NCBI GenBank assembly: GCA_963816815.1
Contig: CAWFMW010000013.1
Span: 85,502 to 149,501 of the forward strand
DNA from: an uncultured Alphaproteobacteria bacterium
GTDB taxonomy: Bacteria; Pseudomonadota; Alphaproteobacteria; Rhizobiales; Xanthobacteraceae
Length of the DNA: 64,000 nucleotides
Direction of reading: 5' to 3'
The notes under the pieces are model-generated. The model had not been told where the DNA came from and made no database searches. It was given only the letters and a program-made list of their open reading frames with translations. Each line of letters begins with the position of its first letter. Positions within the stretch are counted from its first letter, which is position 1. The position numbers and the translations under genes are program-made. Shown one piece after another: positions 37,505 to 48,690 of this stretch.

Positions 37505-38974
37505 ATGGCGGACTACGATCTCGCGATCATTGGCGGCGGATTGAACGGCGTCAGCATCGCGCGCGACGCCGCTGGACGCGGCCTGCGCGTCATCCTGCTG
37601 GAGCAGGGCGATCTCGGCGCCGGCGCCTCCTCGGCCTCGCCGCGGCTGATCCACGGCGATCTGGCTGATCTGGAGCGCCGGCACTTTCTTCGCGTCCGTT
37701 CGGCGCTTGCCGAGCGCGACGTCTGGCTCAGGATCGCGCCGCACCTGGTGCGCCCGATGCGCTTTGCGATCCCCGCGCATTCGGAGGAACGTCCCGCCTG
37801 GCAGTTGCGTTCATGGCTCTTGCTCTACGACCGGCTGGCCTCGCGCAGCGGCCTGCCGGCCTCCGCGACCGTCGATGTCACCCATCATCCCGTCGGCAAC
37901 GCGCTGAAGCGGCCGTTCGGCACCGCCTTTGAGTATTCCGACTGCGTCGTGGACGATTCCCGGCTGGTGGTTCTCACCGCTGTCGATGCCGCGGCGCGCG
38001 GCGCGGTGATTCGCACCGGCGCACGCTGCACCCGGGCCGAACGCGGCAGGGAGTGGCGGCTGGTGACGAAAGATCGCGGCTTTCGCCAGATCGTCACGGC
38101 CAGGGCGGTCGCCAACGCCACCGGCGCCTGGACGCTGTCGGTCGCCGAGACGGTGTTGCGCGTGCCGCCGCCGAAGCTGGCTGCGGTGCAGATGGACCAG
38201 ATCGTCGTTCGCCGCCTGTTCGACAGCGACAACGTCTATCTGTTCCAGAACAGCGACGGGCGGCTGATTTTCGCAAGTCCCTATGAACGCGATTTTACCC
38301 TGATCGGCACCGTCGGCCATGTCTTCAAGGGCGATCCCGCCATCGTTACGATGGCGGCAGGCGACGTGGCTTATCTCTGCGATGCGGCGAACCGCTATTT
38401 TCGCGAACGGATCGAGACGGTCGACGTGGTGCGCACGCTTTCCGGCGCCAACATGGTGATGAAGCCCCGAGGCGGGCTTTCGCCGCGCGACGGTGCGATG
38501 ACGCTCGACTACGGACGCGGCAAGGCGCCGCTGATCACGGTTTTCGGCGGCGACGTCACCACCTCGCGGCTGCGTGCGGAGCGGGCGGTCTCCAGGCTGA
38601 CGCCGTTCTATCCGATGTCGGCGCGCTGGACTGCGAAGGCACCGCTGCCGGGCGGCGATTTTGCCTGGGATCGTTTTGATAACGAGGTCGACGAAGCCCG
38701 CGAACGCTGGCCGTTTCTCGGCGAGGACCAGGCGAGGCGCCTGGTCGCCGCCTACGGGTCGAACGTCAAGGCAATCCTTCGCGAAGCCAGGGTGCGCGGC
38801 GACCTCGGCCCGGCCTTCGGACCGGAATTGACGGGCGCCGAAGTGCGCTATCTCATGCAAAAGGAATGGGCGCGCTTTCCGGACGACATCCTGTGGCGGC
38901 GCACCAAGCTCGGCCTCACCATGTCCCCGGCGGACCGCGAGGCGCTGGCAGCGTTCATGGTGGCGGCAATGTGA
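37505..38974 (+). CDS. Glycerol-3-phosphate dehydrogenase (GlpD)-like flavoprotein with a degenerate active site
   Basis: GGGLNG FAD motif, [24 protein letters not shown] and [12 protein letters not shown]; several catalytic motifs altered (see findings). Confidence 0.85.
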   Translation: MADYDLAIIGGGLNGVSIARDAAGRGLRVILLEQGDLGAGASSASPRLIHGDLADLERRHFLRVRSALAERDVWLRIAPHLVRPMRFAIPAHSEERPAWQLRSWLLLYDRLASRSGLPASATVDVTHHPVGNALKRPFGTAFEYSDCVVDDSRLVVLTAVDAAARGAVIRTGARCTRAERGREWRLVTKDRGFRQIVTARAVANATGAWTLSVAETVLRVPPPKLAAVQMDQIVVRRLFDSDNVYLFQNSDGRLIFASPYERDFTLIGTVGHVFKGDPAIVTMAAGDVAYLCDAANRYFRERIETVDVVRTLSGANMVMKPRGGLSPRDGAMTLDYGRGKAPLITVFGGDVTTSRLRAERAVSRLTPFYPMSARWTAKAPLPGGDFAWDRFDNEVDEARERWPFLGEDQARRLVAAYGSNVKAILREARVRGDLGPAFGPELTGAEVRYLMQKEWARFPDDILWRRTKLGLTMSPADREALAAFMVAAM

Positions 38975-38988
38975 GGAGCGGATCGCAT

Positions 38989-40005
38989 ATGTATCGCTCG
39001 GCCATCCCGACTGTCGTCATCGCCGTGTTCGGCATGCTGTTTGGGATGATCCTGCGCTACCTCGTCGACAGTCCGCTGGAAGCAACCGTGGCGAACTATC
39101 TGCGAAGCGGTTTCCACGGCATGGGCGTCGCACTCGCGGGCTGGGCGACCCATCTCTATTTCGCTTCGCGGCGAAGCAAATGGATCAGCAGATGGCCGCT
39201 GCTGATGGATCTGGCGGTGCGTTCCGCGGCCATGGCCGTCGTCGTTGCATTGGCCATTCTGAGCCTGGAGCCGCTGCTTTATTGGCATGGGATCGAGACC
39301 CACTGGTTGGTCGACACATTTCCCAGGATCGTTGTGCCCGCATTTTTCGGGACCCTGCTTGTCGGAGTAGTTTTTGAACTGACCCGTCTGATTGGCAGCC
39401 GGGTGCTTTTCAATGTAGCGCTTGGCCGATATCGAACGCCGGTCCGGGAGGAACGCGTGCTGATGTTTCTCGATCTCGCCGGCTCCACCTCGCTAGCGGA
39501 GTCGATGGGCGAGCTCCGCGTGCAAAATCTCCTCACTCGCTTCTTTTTCGACATCGATGCCGCGATCGTCGCGCATGGTGGCGAGGTTCACGCCTATGTC
39601 GGCGATCAGGTCATCGTGACGTGGCCGCTCGATGACAAGATGTTGAGCGGACGCTGCGTGGACTGCTTCTTCGCGATTGCCGACACGATTGCGGGCAAAG
39701 CCGATAGCTACCGTCAGGAGTTCGGCATTGTGCCGGGCTTCCGCGCCGGCCTGCATGCCGGTCCCGTGGTCATCAGCGAATGCGGCAGCTCGCTACGTCA
39801 ACTGGCCTATTTCGGCGATACCGTGAACGTGACGGCGCGGCTGCAGGAGCACTGCAAGGAAGTTGGCCGGAACTTGCTGGTGTCTTCCGACCTGCTGCGA
39901 CACATGAAGCTGAATCCGGCTTTCGCGGTCGAACCGCTGGGGCAGGCGCGCTTGAGAGGGCGCGCGGCGGCAATTGAGGTGTTTGCGGTCGAGCGCCGGA
40001 TCTAA
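38989..40005 (+). CDS. Membrane-bound class III nucleotidyl (adenylate/guanylate) cyclase
   Basis: About four N-terminal TMs; [22 protein letters not shown] and [11 protein letters not shown]. Confidence 0.9.
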   Translation: MYRSAIPTVVIAVFGMLFGMILRYLVDSPLEATVANYLRSGFHGMGVALAGWATHLYFASRRSKWISRWPLLMDLAVRSAAMAVVVALAILSLEPLLYWHGIETHWLVDTFPRIVVPAFFGTLLVGVVFELTRLIGSRVLFNVALGRYRTPVREERVLMFLDLAGSTSLAESMGELRVQNLLTRFFFDIDAAIVAHGGEVHAYVGDQVIVTWPLDDKMLSGRCVDCFFAIADTIAGKADSYRQEFGIVPGFRAGLHAGPVVISECGSSLRQLAYFGDTVNVTARLQEHCKEVGRNLLVSSDLLRHMKLNPAFAVEPLGQARLRGRAAAIEVFAVERRI

Positions 40006-40037
40006 TGTGCGGCCAGCTTCGGTCGCTTCGGGCTCGT

Positions 40038-41348
40038 TCAATTTCGCTGCGCCTGCCGCGACCATGCCTCGTCGCGCGCCGAAGGTCTGCGGTCGAGCCG
40101 CGCCGAGATACGTCCGGCGGCCTTGTCGCCGTGACCGGCGCGCATATAGGCGACGATCAGTGTATCTTCCCATAATTCGCGCTGGGCGTGGCTGCCGCCG
40201 ATCCGCGCCAGTTCGGAAATCGCAGGTTCGAGCAGGCGGACCGCGCCGTCATTGTCGCCTGCCGCAAACGCTCGGATGCCGCGACAGAGCTCGATCGCGC
40301 AGCCGCCCGGCGCCAGCTTGCCGTCGGCGGCGCGCGCTTCCAGTTGGGCCAGTCGCGTGTCCAGGGCATCGCCGCCTGTCATTGACCCGGCCAGCGCAAA
40401 ATGCACGTCCGCAAAGTGCGCGCCGGCTTGCGGAAAATATTTCTCGCCATAGGCTGCAACGTCCCGCCAATGCGCATCGAGCCCGGTTTGGCCGGCCAGC
40501 GATAACCGCCATAACAGCGAGGCGCCGTCGGTGAAGATGTTCAGCGGCGGATAGGGCCGGCCTGCCGGCTTGATATGCTGTTCGTAGATTGCCAGCGCAC
40601 CGTCGAGATCGCCTTCGTCGAGGTGGGTCAGCGCGACGTGCCACGCAAGATGCCCATGCAGGAAACTCTTGCGGTCATGCGCAGGCATCCATTGCGCAAG
40701 AAATTGGCGGCCCACCGCCATGTCGCCTTGCTCGAACATCGCATGCGAGAGGCCATGCGCGGCGTTGGCGTTTTCGGAACGCAGCGTCATCGCGCGCTCT
40801 GACAGCGTCCGGCCGGTGGAAAGATTACCCGCCTCGGTATGCGACCAGCCGAGGTAACTGACGAACCACCAGTCCTCGCCATAATGCCGCGCGTGGCGTT
40901 GGCAGATCGCAAGCTTGGCGGCATCGTGGTCGGGACGGCCTGAGAATGCGTAGAGGCCGAACGCGCCGAGCAGGATCGACAGCACCTGCGCGTCGCGTGG
41001 ATATTCCTCGAGATGCGCCTCGGCACCGGTCACGGCGATTTTCGGCTTGCTCTCGATCACGGCAGCCATGATCTCGACATGGCTCTTTTCTCGTGGCGCG
41101 GCGCCCACGGCCAGATCGCGGGCCTGCGCCGCCAAGGCGCGCGCCTTGCCGCCTTCCATGTTGAGCTGATGCAGCCTGGCGCGGCCGATATGCGCCAGCG
41201 CAAAACCCGGATCTTCCGCGATCGCCTTGTCGAAGGCATCCTCGGCGCCGTGCCAGGCTGACAGCATGCAGTCGACGCCGTCGCGGTAATGCGCCGCGGC
41301 GCGATCGGAGGCGGTGGTCAGCGGAAGATCATATCTGTCCCGGTTCAT
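40038..41348 (-). CDS. TPR protein 38 (TTC38)-like protein
   Basis: AAHGLSHAMFE, HGHLAWHVAL, DGASLLWRL and RIGGSHAQRE motifs. Confidence 0.8.
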   Translation of the reverse strand: MNRDRYDLPLTTASDRAAAHYRDGVDCMLSAWHGAEDAFDKAIAEDPGFALAHIGRARLHQLNMEGGKARALAAQARDLAVGAAPREKSHVEIMAAVIESKPKIAVTGAEAHLEEYPRDAQVLSILLGAFGLYAFSGRPDHDAAKLAICQRHARHYGEDWWFVSYLGWSHTEAGNLSTGRTLSERAMTLRSENANAAHGLSHAMFEQGDMAVGRQFLAQWMPAHDRKSFLHGHLAWHVALTHLDEGDLDGALAIYEQHIKPAGRPYPPLNIFTDGASLLWRLSLAGQTGLDAHWRDVAAYGEKYFPQAGAHFADVHFALAGSMTGGDALDTRLAQLEARAADGKLAPGGCAIELCRGIRAFAAGDNDGAVRLLEPAISELARIGGSHAQRELWEDTLIVAYMRAGHGDKAAGRISARLDRRPSARDEAWSRQAQRN

Positions 41349-41387
41349 TGTTCTTGTTCCGTTATACGAGCGCAACTGTCGTGGCAG

Positions 41388-42311
41388 CTAGGCCGCTTTC
41401 GTTCCCAGCTTTTGTAAATGCCGATGATCATGCGCCGCTTCAGCCAGCAACCAATCCTGAAACAGCTGGATCTTGGGAAGGTCAGACGTGGCCTTCGGAC
41501 AGACGATCCAGTAGGTCCTGGAAAGCCGGCTTGCATCCTTGAACGGTCGAACGAGGCGCCCGCAGATGAGATCCCACGCCGCAAGCGTGGTACGCGCGAG
41601 CGCTATTCCCTGGCCGTCGACGGCGGCATCGATCACCATGCTGGCGCGGTTCAACACCGGTCCTTGTGAGGGCTCTGCGTCCGGAACGCCGGCAACTTCG
41701 AGCCACCTTGTCCACGCCTTGCGATCGTCGAGGTGGAGCAGGGGAAACTTCAGGACGTCCGAAGGCCGGACCAGACCGTTACGCCCCGCCAGCAGCTTGG
41801 GACTACAGACAACGAATAATTGCTCAGGAGACAGGCGTATCACATCGTGTCCAGGCCAGTTGCCGTCACCGTGCCGGACTGCAAGATCGACATCCTCTCG
41901 CGCGAAGTCGACATGGTGCATGGTCGCCGAAATTCGCAGATCGATTTCGGGATGGGATTCGGAAAAGCGACCGAGTCGGTGCACCAGCCACTTGGCGGCG
42001 AAGTCTGGCGAGGTGCTGACCGTCAGAACGCCGGAACGCTGGCGTTGCATCAGGCGCTCCGTGCCAACGGCGATACGGTCCAGTGCATCGCGCACGACAG
42101 TGAGGTAGTCGCGGCCGGCTCCGGTGATGACCAGTCGCTGGCGCTCGCGGTTGAACAGCTTGATGCCGAGCTCCGCTTCCAGAGCCTTGACCTGATGGCT
42201 GACCGCGCCTTGCGTGACGCATAGTTCTTCAGCGGCGCGGGTGAAGCTCTCATGGCGTGCCGCGGCCTCAAAGGCCTTGATCGCGTTCAGTGGCGGCAAG
42301 CGGCGAAGCAT
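41388..42311 (-). CDS. gcvA: LysR family regulator, GcvA-like
   Basis: LPPLNAIKAFEAAARHESFTRAAEELCVTQGAVSHQVKALE. Confidence 0.88.
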   Translation of the reverse strand: MLRRLPPLNAIKAFEAAARHESFTRAAEELCVTQGAVSHQVKALEAELGIKLFNRERQRLVITGAGRDYLTVVRDALDRIAVGTERLMQRQRSGVLTVSTSPDFAAKWLVHRLGRFSESHPEIDLRISATMHHVDFAREDVDLAVRHGDGNWPGHDVIRLSPEQLFVVCSPKLLAGRNGLVRPSDVLKFPLLHLDDRKAWTRWLEVAGVPDAEPSQGPVLNRASMVIDAAVDGQGIALARTTLAAWDLICGRLVRPFKDASRLSRTYWIVCPKATSDLPKIQLFQDWLLAEAAHDHRHLQKLGTKAA

Positions 42312-42436
42312 GGCCGGGCCTCATGAGAAAAACTCGGTCAGGCTAGAGAAACGATGCTTTGCGTGCAAGTCTTGTCTGGTTCTATTGATCGGGCTTCTCG
42401 CCGGGGTTCACCCCATGGGTTTATAGGAGCTTTGTT

Positions 42437-42682
42437 ATGTCTATTCATTCTGCGCAAGCATGGCCTCTTCCGCGCCAAACCGCTGGCTGGCGGATCGGTA
42501 GACAATCTGTCTCATCAATTCTGGTCAGCGCGTGGTTGCGCACGCTGGAAGCCTGGATCGATCGGAGCCATCAACGTAGGCAACTCGGCGAATTGGCTGA
42601 GCTAAACGATTACCTTCTCAAGGACATCGGCGTGTCCCGGGAGGAGGCAATGCGCGAAGCGGAAAAGCCGTTCTGGCGTTGA
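42437..42682 (+). CDS. DUF1127 (YjiS-like) small protein
   Basis: RRQLGELAELNDYLLKDIGVSREEAMREAEKPFWR. Confidence 0.88.
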   Translation: MSIHSAQAWPLPRQTAGWRIGRQSVSSILVSAWLRTLEAWIDRSHQRRQLGELAELNDYLLKDIGVSREEAMREAEKPFWR

Positions 42683-42693
42683 GGGAGCGTCCT

Positions 42694-43392
42694 GTGGGCA
42701 ATGTCACTGTTTACGGCTTTCCGGTCAGTACCTTCGTGAACATCGTCCGGCTCGTGCTGACCGAGAAAGGCGTGTCGTTCAAGTTCTGCGATCTGGAGCA
42801 GGAGATGGGCAGCCCACGCCATCTCGCGCTGCATCCGTTCAACCGCGTCCCCGTGATCGACCACGACGGGTTCGTGCTTTACGAAACCGCCGCGATCGCC
42901 ACCTATGTCGATCAGGCGTTCGATGGCCCGCCGCTTCAGCCCGACGATCCCCGGGAGCGGGCGCGGATGAATCGGTGGATCAGCGCGTTGAACAACTACT
43001 ATTATCCCTACATTGCCTACCATCTCAGCCATGAGCGCTTGGTCTACCCGGTTCTCGGCATCGCACCGGATGAAAAAGTCGTCGCCGCTGCGCTGCCGAA
43101 GATCGCGATAGCCCTCGACGTCATGGAAAATGACCTCGATCCCGGCCGGAAATTCCTGGTCAATGACCGGCCAACGCTCGCGGACTTCTTCATGTTGCCG
43201 ACGATGACGAGCCTCAGCCTCACGCCGGAAGGACAGCAGATGCTGCGCAGCAAGCCATGCATCGCTGCATGGCGTGTGGCCATGGAGGCGTTGCCGAGCG
43301 TTATTGCCGTGCGCGCGATGGTGATGCCTTACGTCGGAAGGCCCGTCGAACACGCGCGCCAGTGGGTGGCCGATCATCGGCCAAGATACTAG
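42694..43392 (+). CDS. Glutathione S-transferase family protein
   Basis: HPFNRVPVI, LYETAAIATY and PTLADF; start placed at GTG 42694 after GGGAG. Confidence 0.9.
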   Translation: MGNVTVYGFPVSTFVNIVRLVLTEKGVSFKFCDLEQEMGSPRHLALHPFNRVPVIDHDGFVLYETAAIATYVDQAFDGPPLQPDDPRERARMNRWISALNNYYYPYIAYHLSHERLVYPVLGIAPDEKVVAAALPKIAIALDVMENDLDPGRKFLVNDRPTLADFFMLPTMTSLSLTPEGQQMLRSKPCIAAWRVAMEALPSVIAVRAMVMPYVGRPVEHARQWVADHRPRY

Positions 43393-43670
43393 TTCGGGGT
43401 TCCGTCGCCTGATTGTTACAGCGGTGAGATTGACAAGGCAGGCCCGTGCTGGTGTCATCTCGCTATGGGGAAGCGATCTCCCCACGAGGCGACATGCCGA
43501 AGAATCGCGTCCGGTTTTTAAAACCACTCAAGGACGCAGTGTGTCAGCCGCCAATCCGATCTCATTTCAGGCTTTTTCTCGTCGCGTTGTGACCACGATA
43601 CGCCCTGCGCATCGGAGCCACGATGAACGCTGCGACGAAACTGGGGGCTGGGCAAACCCGGAGAAAGAAC

Positions 43671-44384
43671 ATGGAACGTCGAGACTTCATCAAGAGTGCT
43701 GGGCTGGTCGCCGGGATCGCGGCGGCTTCGACGCTTGGTCAACGATCCGCGAATGCAGGGACCGCGCAGCAACCAGGAGCAAAGCGCATGGCCTATGAGA
43801 TCAAGCCGTTCTCGCTCGATCCAAAGTCAGTGAAGGGAATTTCCGAGAAGATTCTCGTAAGCCACTATGAGAACAATTATGTCGGCGCGGTGAAGCGGTT
43901 GAACGCAATCGCTGTCCAGTTGGCGGAACTGGACTTTGCCAAGGCGCCGAATTTTCTGATCAATGGCCTCAAGCGCGAAGAACTGGTCGCGATGAACTCG
44001 ATGATTCTGCATGAGGCCTATTTCGACAGCCTTGGTGGCGGCGGTGCGGCACGAGGCTCGCTGGGAGACGCGATTGCGCGCGATTTCGGCAGCGTCGATC
44101 GCTGGCGCGCCGAATTCTCCGCGATGGGCAAGGCGGAAGGTGGCGGTTCGGGTTGGGTGCTGCTGTCTTATTCGCCTCACGACAAGCGACTGGTCAATCA
44201 ATGGGCGGCCGATCATACCAATGCCATTGCCGGCGGCCGGCCGGTGATCGCGCTCGACATGTACGAGCACGCCTACCACATGGATTACGGCGCCAAGGCG
44301 GGAGCCTATGTCGATGCCTTCATGGAGGCCATCAACTGGGACAGCGCGATCAAACTCTACGACCGCGTCGGTCGTGAAGGATGA
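43671..44384 (+). CDS. Fe/Mn superoxide dismutase (ChrC-like) with Tat signal
   Basis: RRDFIK twin-Arg; SHYENNY, ILHEAYF, GGSGWV and ALDMYEHAYH metal ligands. Confidence 0.88.
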   Translation: MERRDFIKSAGLVAGIAAASTLGQRSANAGTAQQPGAKRMAYEIKPFSLDPKSVKGISEKILVSHYENNYVGAVKRLNAIAVQLAELDFAKAPNFLINGLKREELVAMNSMILHEAYFDSLGGGGAARGSLGDAIARDFGSVDRWRAEFSAMGKAEGGGSGWVLLSYSPHDKRLVNQWAADHTNAIAGGRPVIALDMYEHAYHMDYGAKAGAYVDAFMEAINWDSAIKLYDRVGREG

Positions 44385-45043
44385 TCCCGGTGCGGGCAAT
44401 TCTCCACGGTTGCGTTATCCTGCTTGCATCCCTGACCTCCGCGTCCGCCTGCGCCGCAGGAGATGCGCGGGTGATCCGGCTTGCCGGTCCGGAGGCCGTC
44501 GCAGGCGCGCCGGCGGATAGTTGCCGGCCGGCGCTGACCGGCGAGGGCGGACCCGTCGCATGGCAGGTTCTGCTCGTGCACAACCGTGCGGCGCTCGTCG
44601 AGGGAAGCCGGGTGGCGGTGGACAACCGCTTTCCGATTTGCATTGTCGATGATGTGAAGGCGAGCGATGTCGAGCTTTCGGTTTCGTTCACGCCGATCGC
44701 CGGGAAAATCGATCAGGCCGCCGGATTGATCTTTCGCGTCAAGGACGCCAACAACTACTATGTTGCCCGGGCCAACGCGCTCGAAAACAACGTCAACCTC
44801 TATCATGTCACGAACGGCGTCCGGCGGCAGATCGCCGGTGTTGATGTTTCCGTGCCGAATGGCAAGACCCAGCAGCTTGCCGTACGGATGGAAGGAAATA
44901 CGATCAAAGTCTCGCTTGACGGCCGAGCCTTGATCGAAGCTGCCGATCTTACGATTCAGAGTCCGGGAGCGGTCGGCCTCTGGACGAAGGCCGACAGTTT
45001 TACCGCCTTCTACGAGCTGACGATTGCCGTGATCAGGGAATGA
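44381..45043 (+). CDS. Exported beta-sandwich protein (DUF1080/LamG-like)
   Basis: Signal peptide; DQAAGLIFRVKDANNYYVARANALENNV, GAVGLWTKADS; ATGA overlap with the SOD gene. Confidence 0.75.
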   Translation: MIPVRAILHGCVILLASLTSASACAAGDARVIRLAGPEAVAGAPADSCRPALTGEGGPVAWQVLLVHNRAALVEGSRVAVDNRFPICIVDDVKASDVELSVSFTPIAGKIDQAAGLIFRVKDANNYYVARANALENNVNLYHVTNGVRRQIAGVDVSVPNGKTQQLAVRMEGNTIKVSLDGRALIEAADLTIQSPGAVGLWTKADSFTAFYELTIAVIRE

Positions 45044-45097
45044 CGACGCTGCGGACGGGCTTGCTGGCATTGGTCCTGGCGGGTTCGATCGACGCGT

Positions 45098-45601
45098 CTA
45101 GAAGTCCAGCTTGTCGCGCACGGCGTCGATGCCTGCCTTGGCGCAGGCTTCGTCCGCATCGCCGCCGGGGGCTCCGGAGACGCCGACAGCTCCGAGCAGC
45201 GAGCCGCCGGCTTCGACCGTCAATCCGCCGGCGATGATGACGGCGCCGGGCAAGTTGCGGATTCCGGCCTGCATCATCCCGGGCTGGCTGATGGCATTGA
45301 GCTCGGTCGTGCTGGTGCGAAAGCTGGCCGCGGTCCATGCCTTGCCTGAAGCGGTCGACACCGTGTGAGGGCCCGCGAAGCGGTCGCGCAGCAGAACCTG
45401 CGTGACGCCGAAGCGATCGACGACGGCGACCGTCACCTGAAAGCCGCGCTTCCGGCAATCCGCCAGCGTTGCGCGTGCCAGATCCTGCGCCAGTTCGGGG
45501 CTCAGCGACTTGTAGGTCACGAGCGCTTCCTGGGCGGCGGCGGGGCCAGCGAGCAGACAAGAGATCGCCGTGATGGCCAGCAGATTGCGAACGATCATCA
45601 T
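45098..45601 (-). CDS. GlcG/HbpS family heme-binding protein, exported
   Basis: VTVAVVDRFG, KAWTA and GAVGVSGAPGGDADEACAKAG. Confidence 0.88.
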   Translation of the reverse strand: MMIVRNLLAITAISCLLAGPAAAQEALVTYKSLSPELAQDLARATLADCRKRGFQVTVAVVDRFGVTQVLLRDRFAGPHTVSTASGKAWTAASFRTSTTELNAISQPGMMQAGIRNLPGAVIIAGGLTVEAGGSLLGAVGVSGAPGGDADEACAKAGIDAVRDKLDF

Positions 45602-45773
45602 GTTCCTCCGCGAAATTTCTTGCCGCGCGCAAAGGCCGGCCTTTCTGGCGTCGTCAAACCTTACCAGAGCGGGGAGCGGCGGCATCCATAATATTGTGGC
45701 TCACACGTTGCGAGCCGTTGAGCGGAAGCCGATCCGCCGCTAGCGTGCAGCCACGACGGGGCTGGCAGGTCAC

Positions 45774-46942
<1,169 letters not shown>

Positions 46943-46946
<4 letters not shown>

Positions 46947-47857
46947 GCGCGCGCCGCATCTTCGCGCAGCCAGCGCGCTACGCCGTCATCGTGCCCTATC
47001 TTTGGATGGTGCTGTTGTTCCTGGTGCCGTTCGGCTTCGTGCTGAAGATCAGCCTGTCGCAAACCGCGATCGCGCAGCCGCCCTATCTGCCGGTGTTCGA
47101 TTTCACCGAAGGATGGGCGGCGATCAAGGCGGCGTTCGCGCAGCTGTCGCTGGATAATTTCCGCCTGCTGGTCTCGGACAATCTCTACATCAGCTCTTAT
47201 CTGCGCAGCCTTGTCGTGGCGGTGACCTCGACATTGATCCTGCTGCTGACCGGCTACCCCATCGCCTATGGCATGGCGCGGCTGCCGCAACGCTGGCAGG
47301 CGATTGCGATGATGCTGGTGATCGTGCCGTTCTGGACCTCGTTCCTGATCCGCATCTATGCCTGGATCAATATTTTGCAGCATGACGGGCTGCTGAATCA
47401 GATACTGCTCGCCTTGCATCTGGTGTCGGCGCCGGTGGTGTGGCTCTCCACCGACACCGCGATGTATATCGGCATCGTCTATTCCTACCTGCCGTTCATG
47501 ATCCTGCCGCTCTTTGCGACGCTAGCCAGGATGGATCCCTCGCTGCTGGAAGCCGCAGGCGACCTCGGCGCGACGCCGCTTCGGGCATTCTGGCTGGTGA
47601 CGTTTCCGCTGTCCCTGGCTGGCGTCGGCGCCGGCGCGCTGTTGTGCTTCATCCCGATCGTCGGCGAGTTCGTTATTCCCGATCTGCTCGCGGGCTCCAG
47701 TTCGATGATGATCGGCCAGACGCTGTGGCTGGAGTTCTTCACCAACAAGGACTGGCCGGTCGCCGCCGCCGCTGCGGTCGCATTGCTGGTGCTGCTGGTG
47801 CCGCCGCTGCTGCTCTACGACCGCCTGCAGCGCCGTCAGCTCGGTGGGACGAATTGA
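46943..47857 (+). CDS. potH: Polyamine ABC transporter permease
   Basis: PFWTSFLIRIYAW, SYLPFMILP and GEFVIPDLL. Confidence 0.88.
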
Positions 47858-48672
47858 TGGCGCGCAAGGTCAACGCCATCTCGCCGTTCAACATCACCGC
47901 CCTGGCACTCGGGATGGCGTTTCTCTATCTGCCGATCGTGATCCTCGTCATCTATTCGTTCAATGCCTCGCGGCTGGTCACGGTGTGGGGCGGCTGGTCG
48001 CTGCGCTGGTACTTCGAGTTCTTCAACGATCGCGCCATGCTGGACGCGGCATGGATCAGCCTTCGCGTTGCCGCGGTTTCCGCCACGATCGCGACGCTGC
48101 TCGGCACGCTGGCGGCGGTTGGGCTGGTCCGCGGCGAGCGCTTCAGGGGGCGTTCGCTGTTTTCCGGCATGCTCTATGCGCCGCTGGTGATGCCGGAGGT
48201 GATCTCGGGGCTTTCTCTCTTGTTGCTGTTCGTGGCGCTGAATGCCGAGCGCGGCTTCTGGACGGTGACGATCGCCCACACCACGCTGACCATGTGCTTC
48301 GTCACCGTGGTGGTGCAATCGCGCCTCGCCGCGCTCGACCGCAGCCTGGAGGAGGCCGCGATGGACCTCGGCTGCGATCCGGTGCAGGCCTTTCTTCGGG
48401 TGACCTTGCCGCTGATCGTCCCGGCGATTGCCGCGGGCTGGATGCTGGCCTTCACGCTCTCGCTCGACGACGTCGTGATCGCAAGCTTCACCACCGGGCC
48501 GGGCTCGGCGACGCTGCCGATCCGGATTTATTCCGAGGTGCGGCTCGGGGTGAAGCCGGAGATCAACGCGATCTGCACCATGGTAATCGCGCTGATCGCG
48601 GTGGTCATCGTGATCGCGTCGTTCGCCTCGAAACTGTCGAGTTCGGAGGCCAAGAGCGCAGCGCCGCTGTGA
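47857..48672 (+). CDS. potI: Polyamine ABC transporter permease
   Basis: FLYLPIVILVIYSFNAS, LEEAAMDLG and SLDDVVIASF; TGATG coupling. Confidence 0.88.
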   Translation: MARKVNAISPFNITALALGMAFLYLPIVILVIYSFNASRLVTVWGGWSLRWYFEFFNDRAMLDAAWISLRVAAVSATIATLLGTLAAVGLVRGERFRGRSLFSGMLYAPLVMPEVISGLSLLLLFVALNAERGFWTVTIAHTTLTMCFVTVVVQSRLAALDRSLEEAAMDLGCDPVQAFLRVTLPLIVPAIAAGWMLAFTLSLDDVVIASFTTGPGSATLPIRIYSEVRLGVKPEINAICTMVIALIAVVIVIASFASKLSSSEAKSAAPL

Positions 48673-48690
48673 ACGGTTGACGGAGCCTTC

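Noticed and set aside
38989-40005. Pycsar anti-phage system
   Set aside because: No adjacent cNMP-binding TIR or TM effector gene; the cyclase has its own TM anchor and a housekeeping-like context.
41350-41359. Third LexA box (gttc-tt-gttc) before the TPR gene
   Set aside because: Spacer is 2 nt rather than 7.
43440-43620. Riboswitch in the long SOD leader (hairpin tgggga...tcccca)
   Set aside because: A single hairpin with no recognisable riboswitch consensus; would need an Rfam scan.
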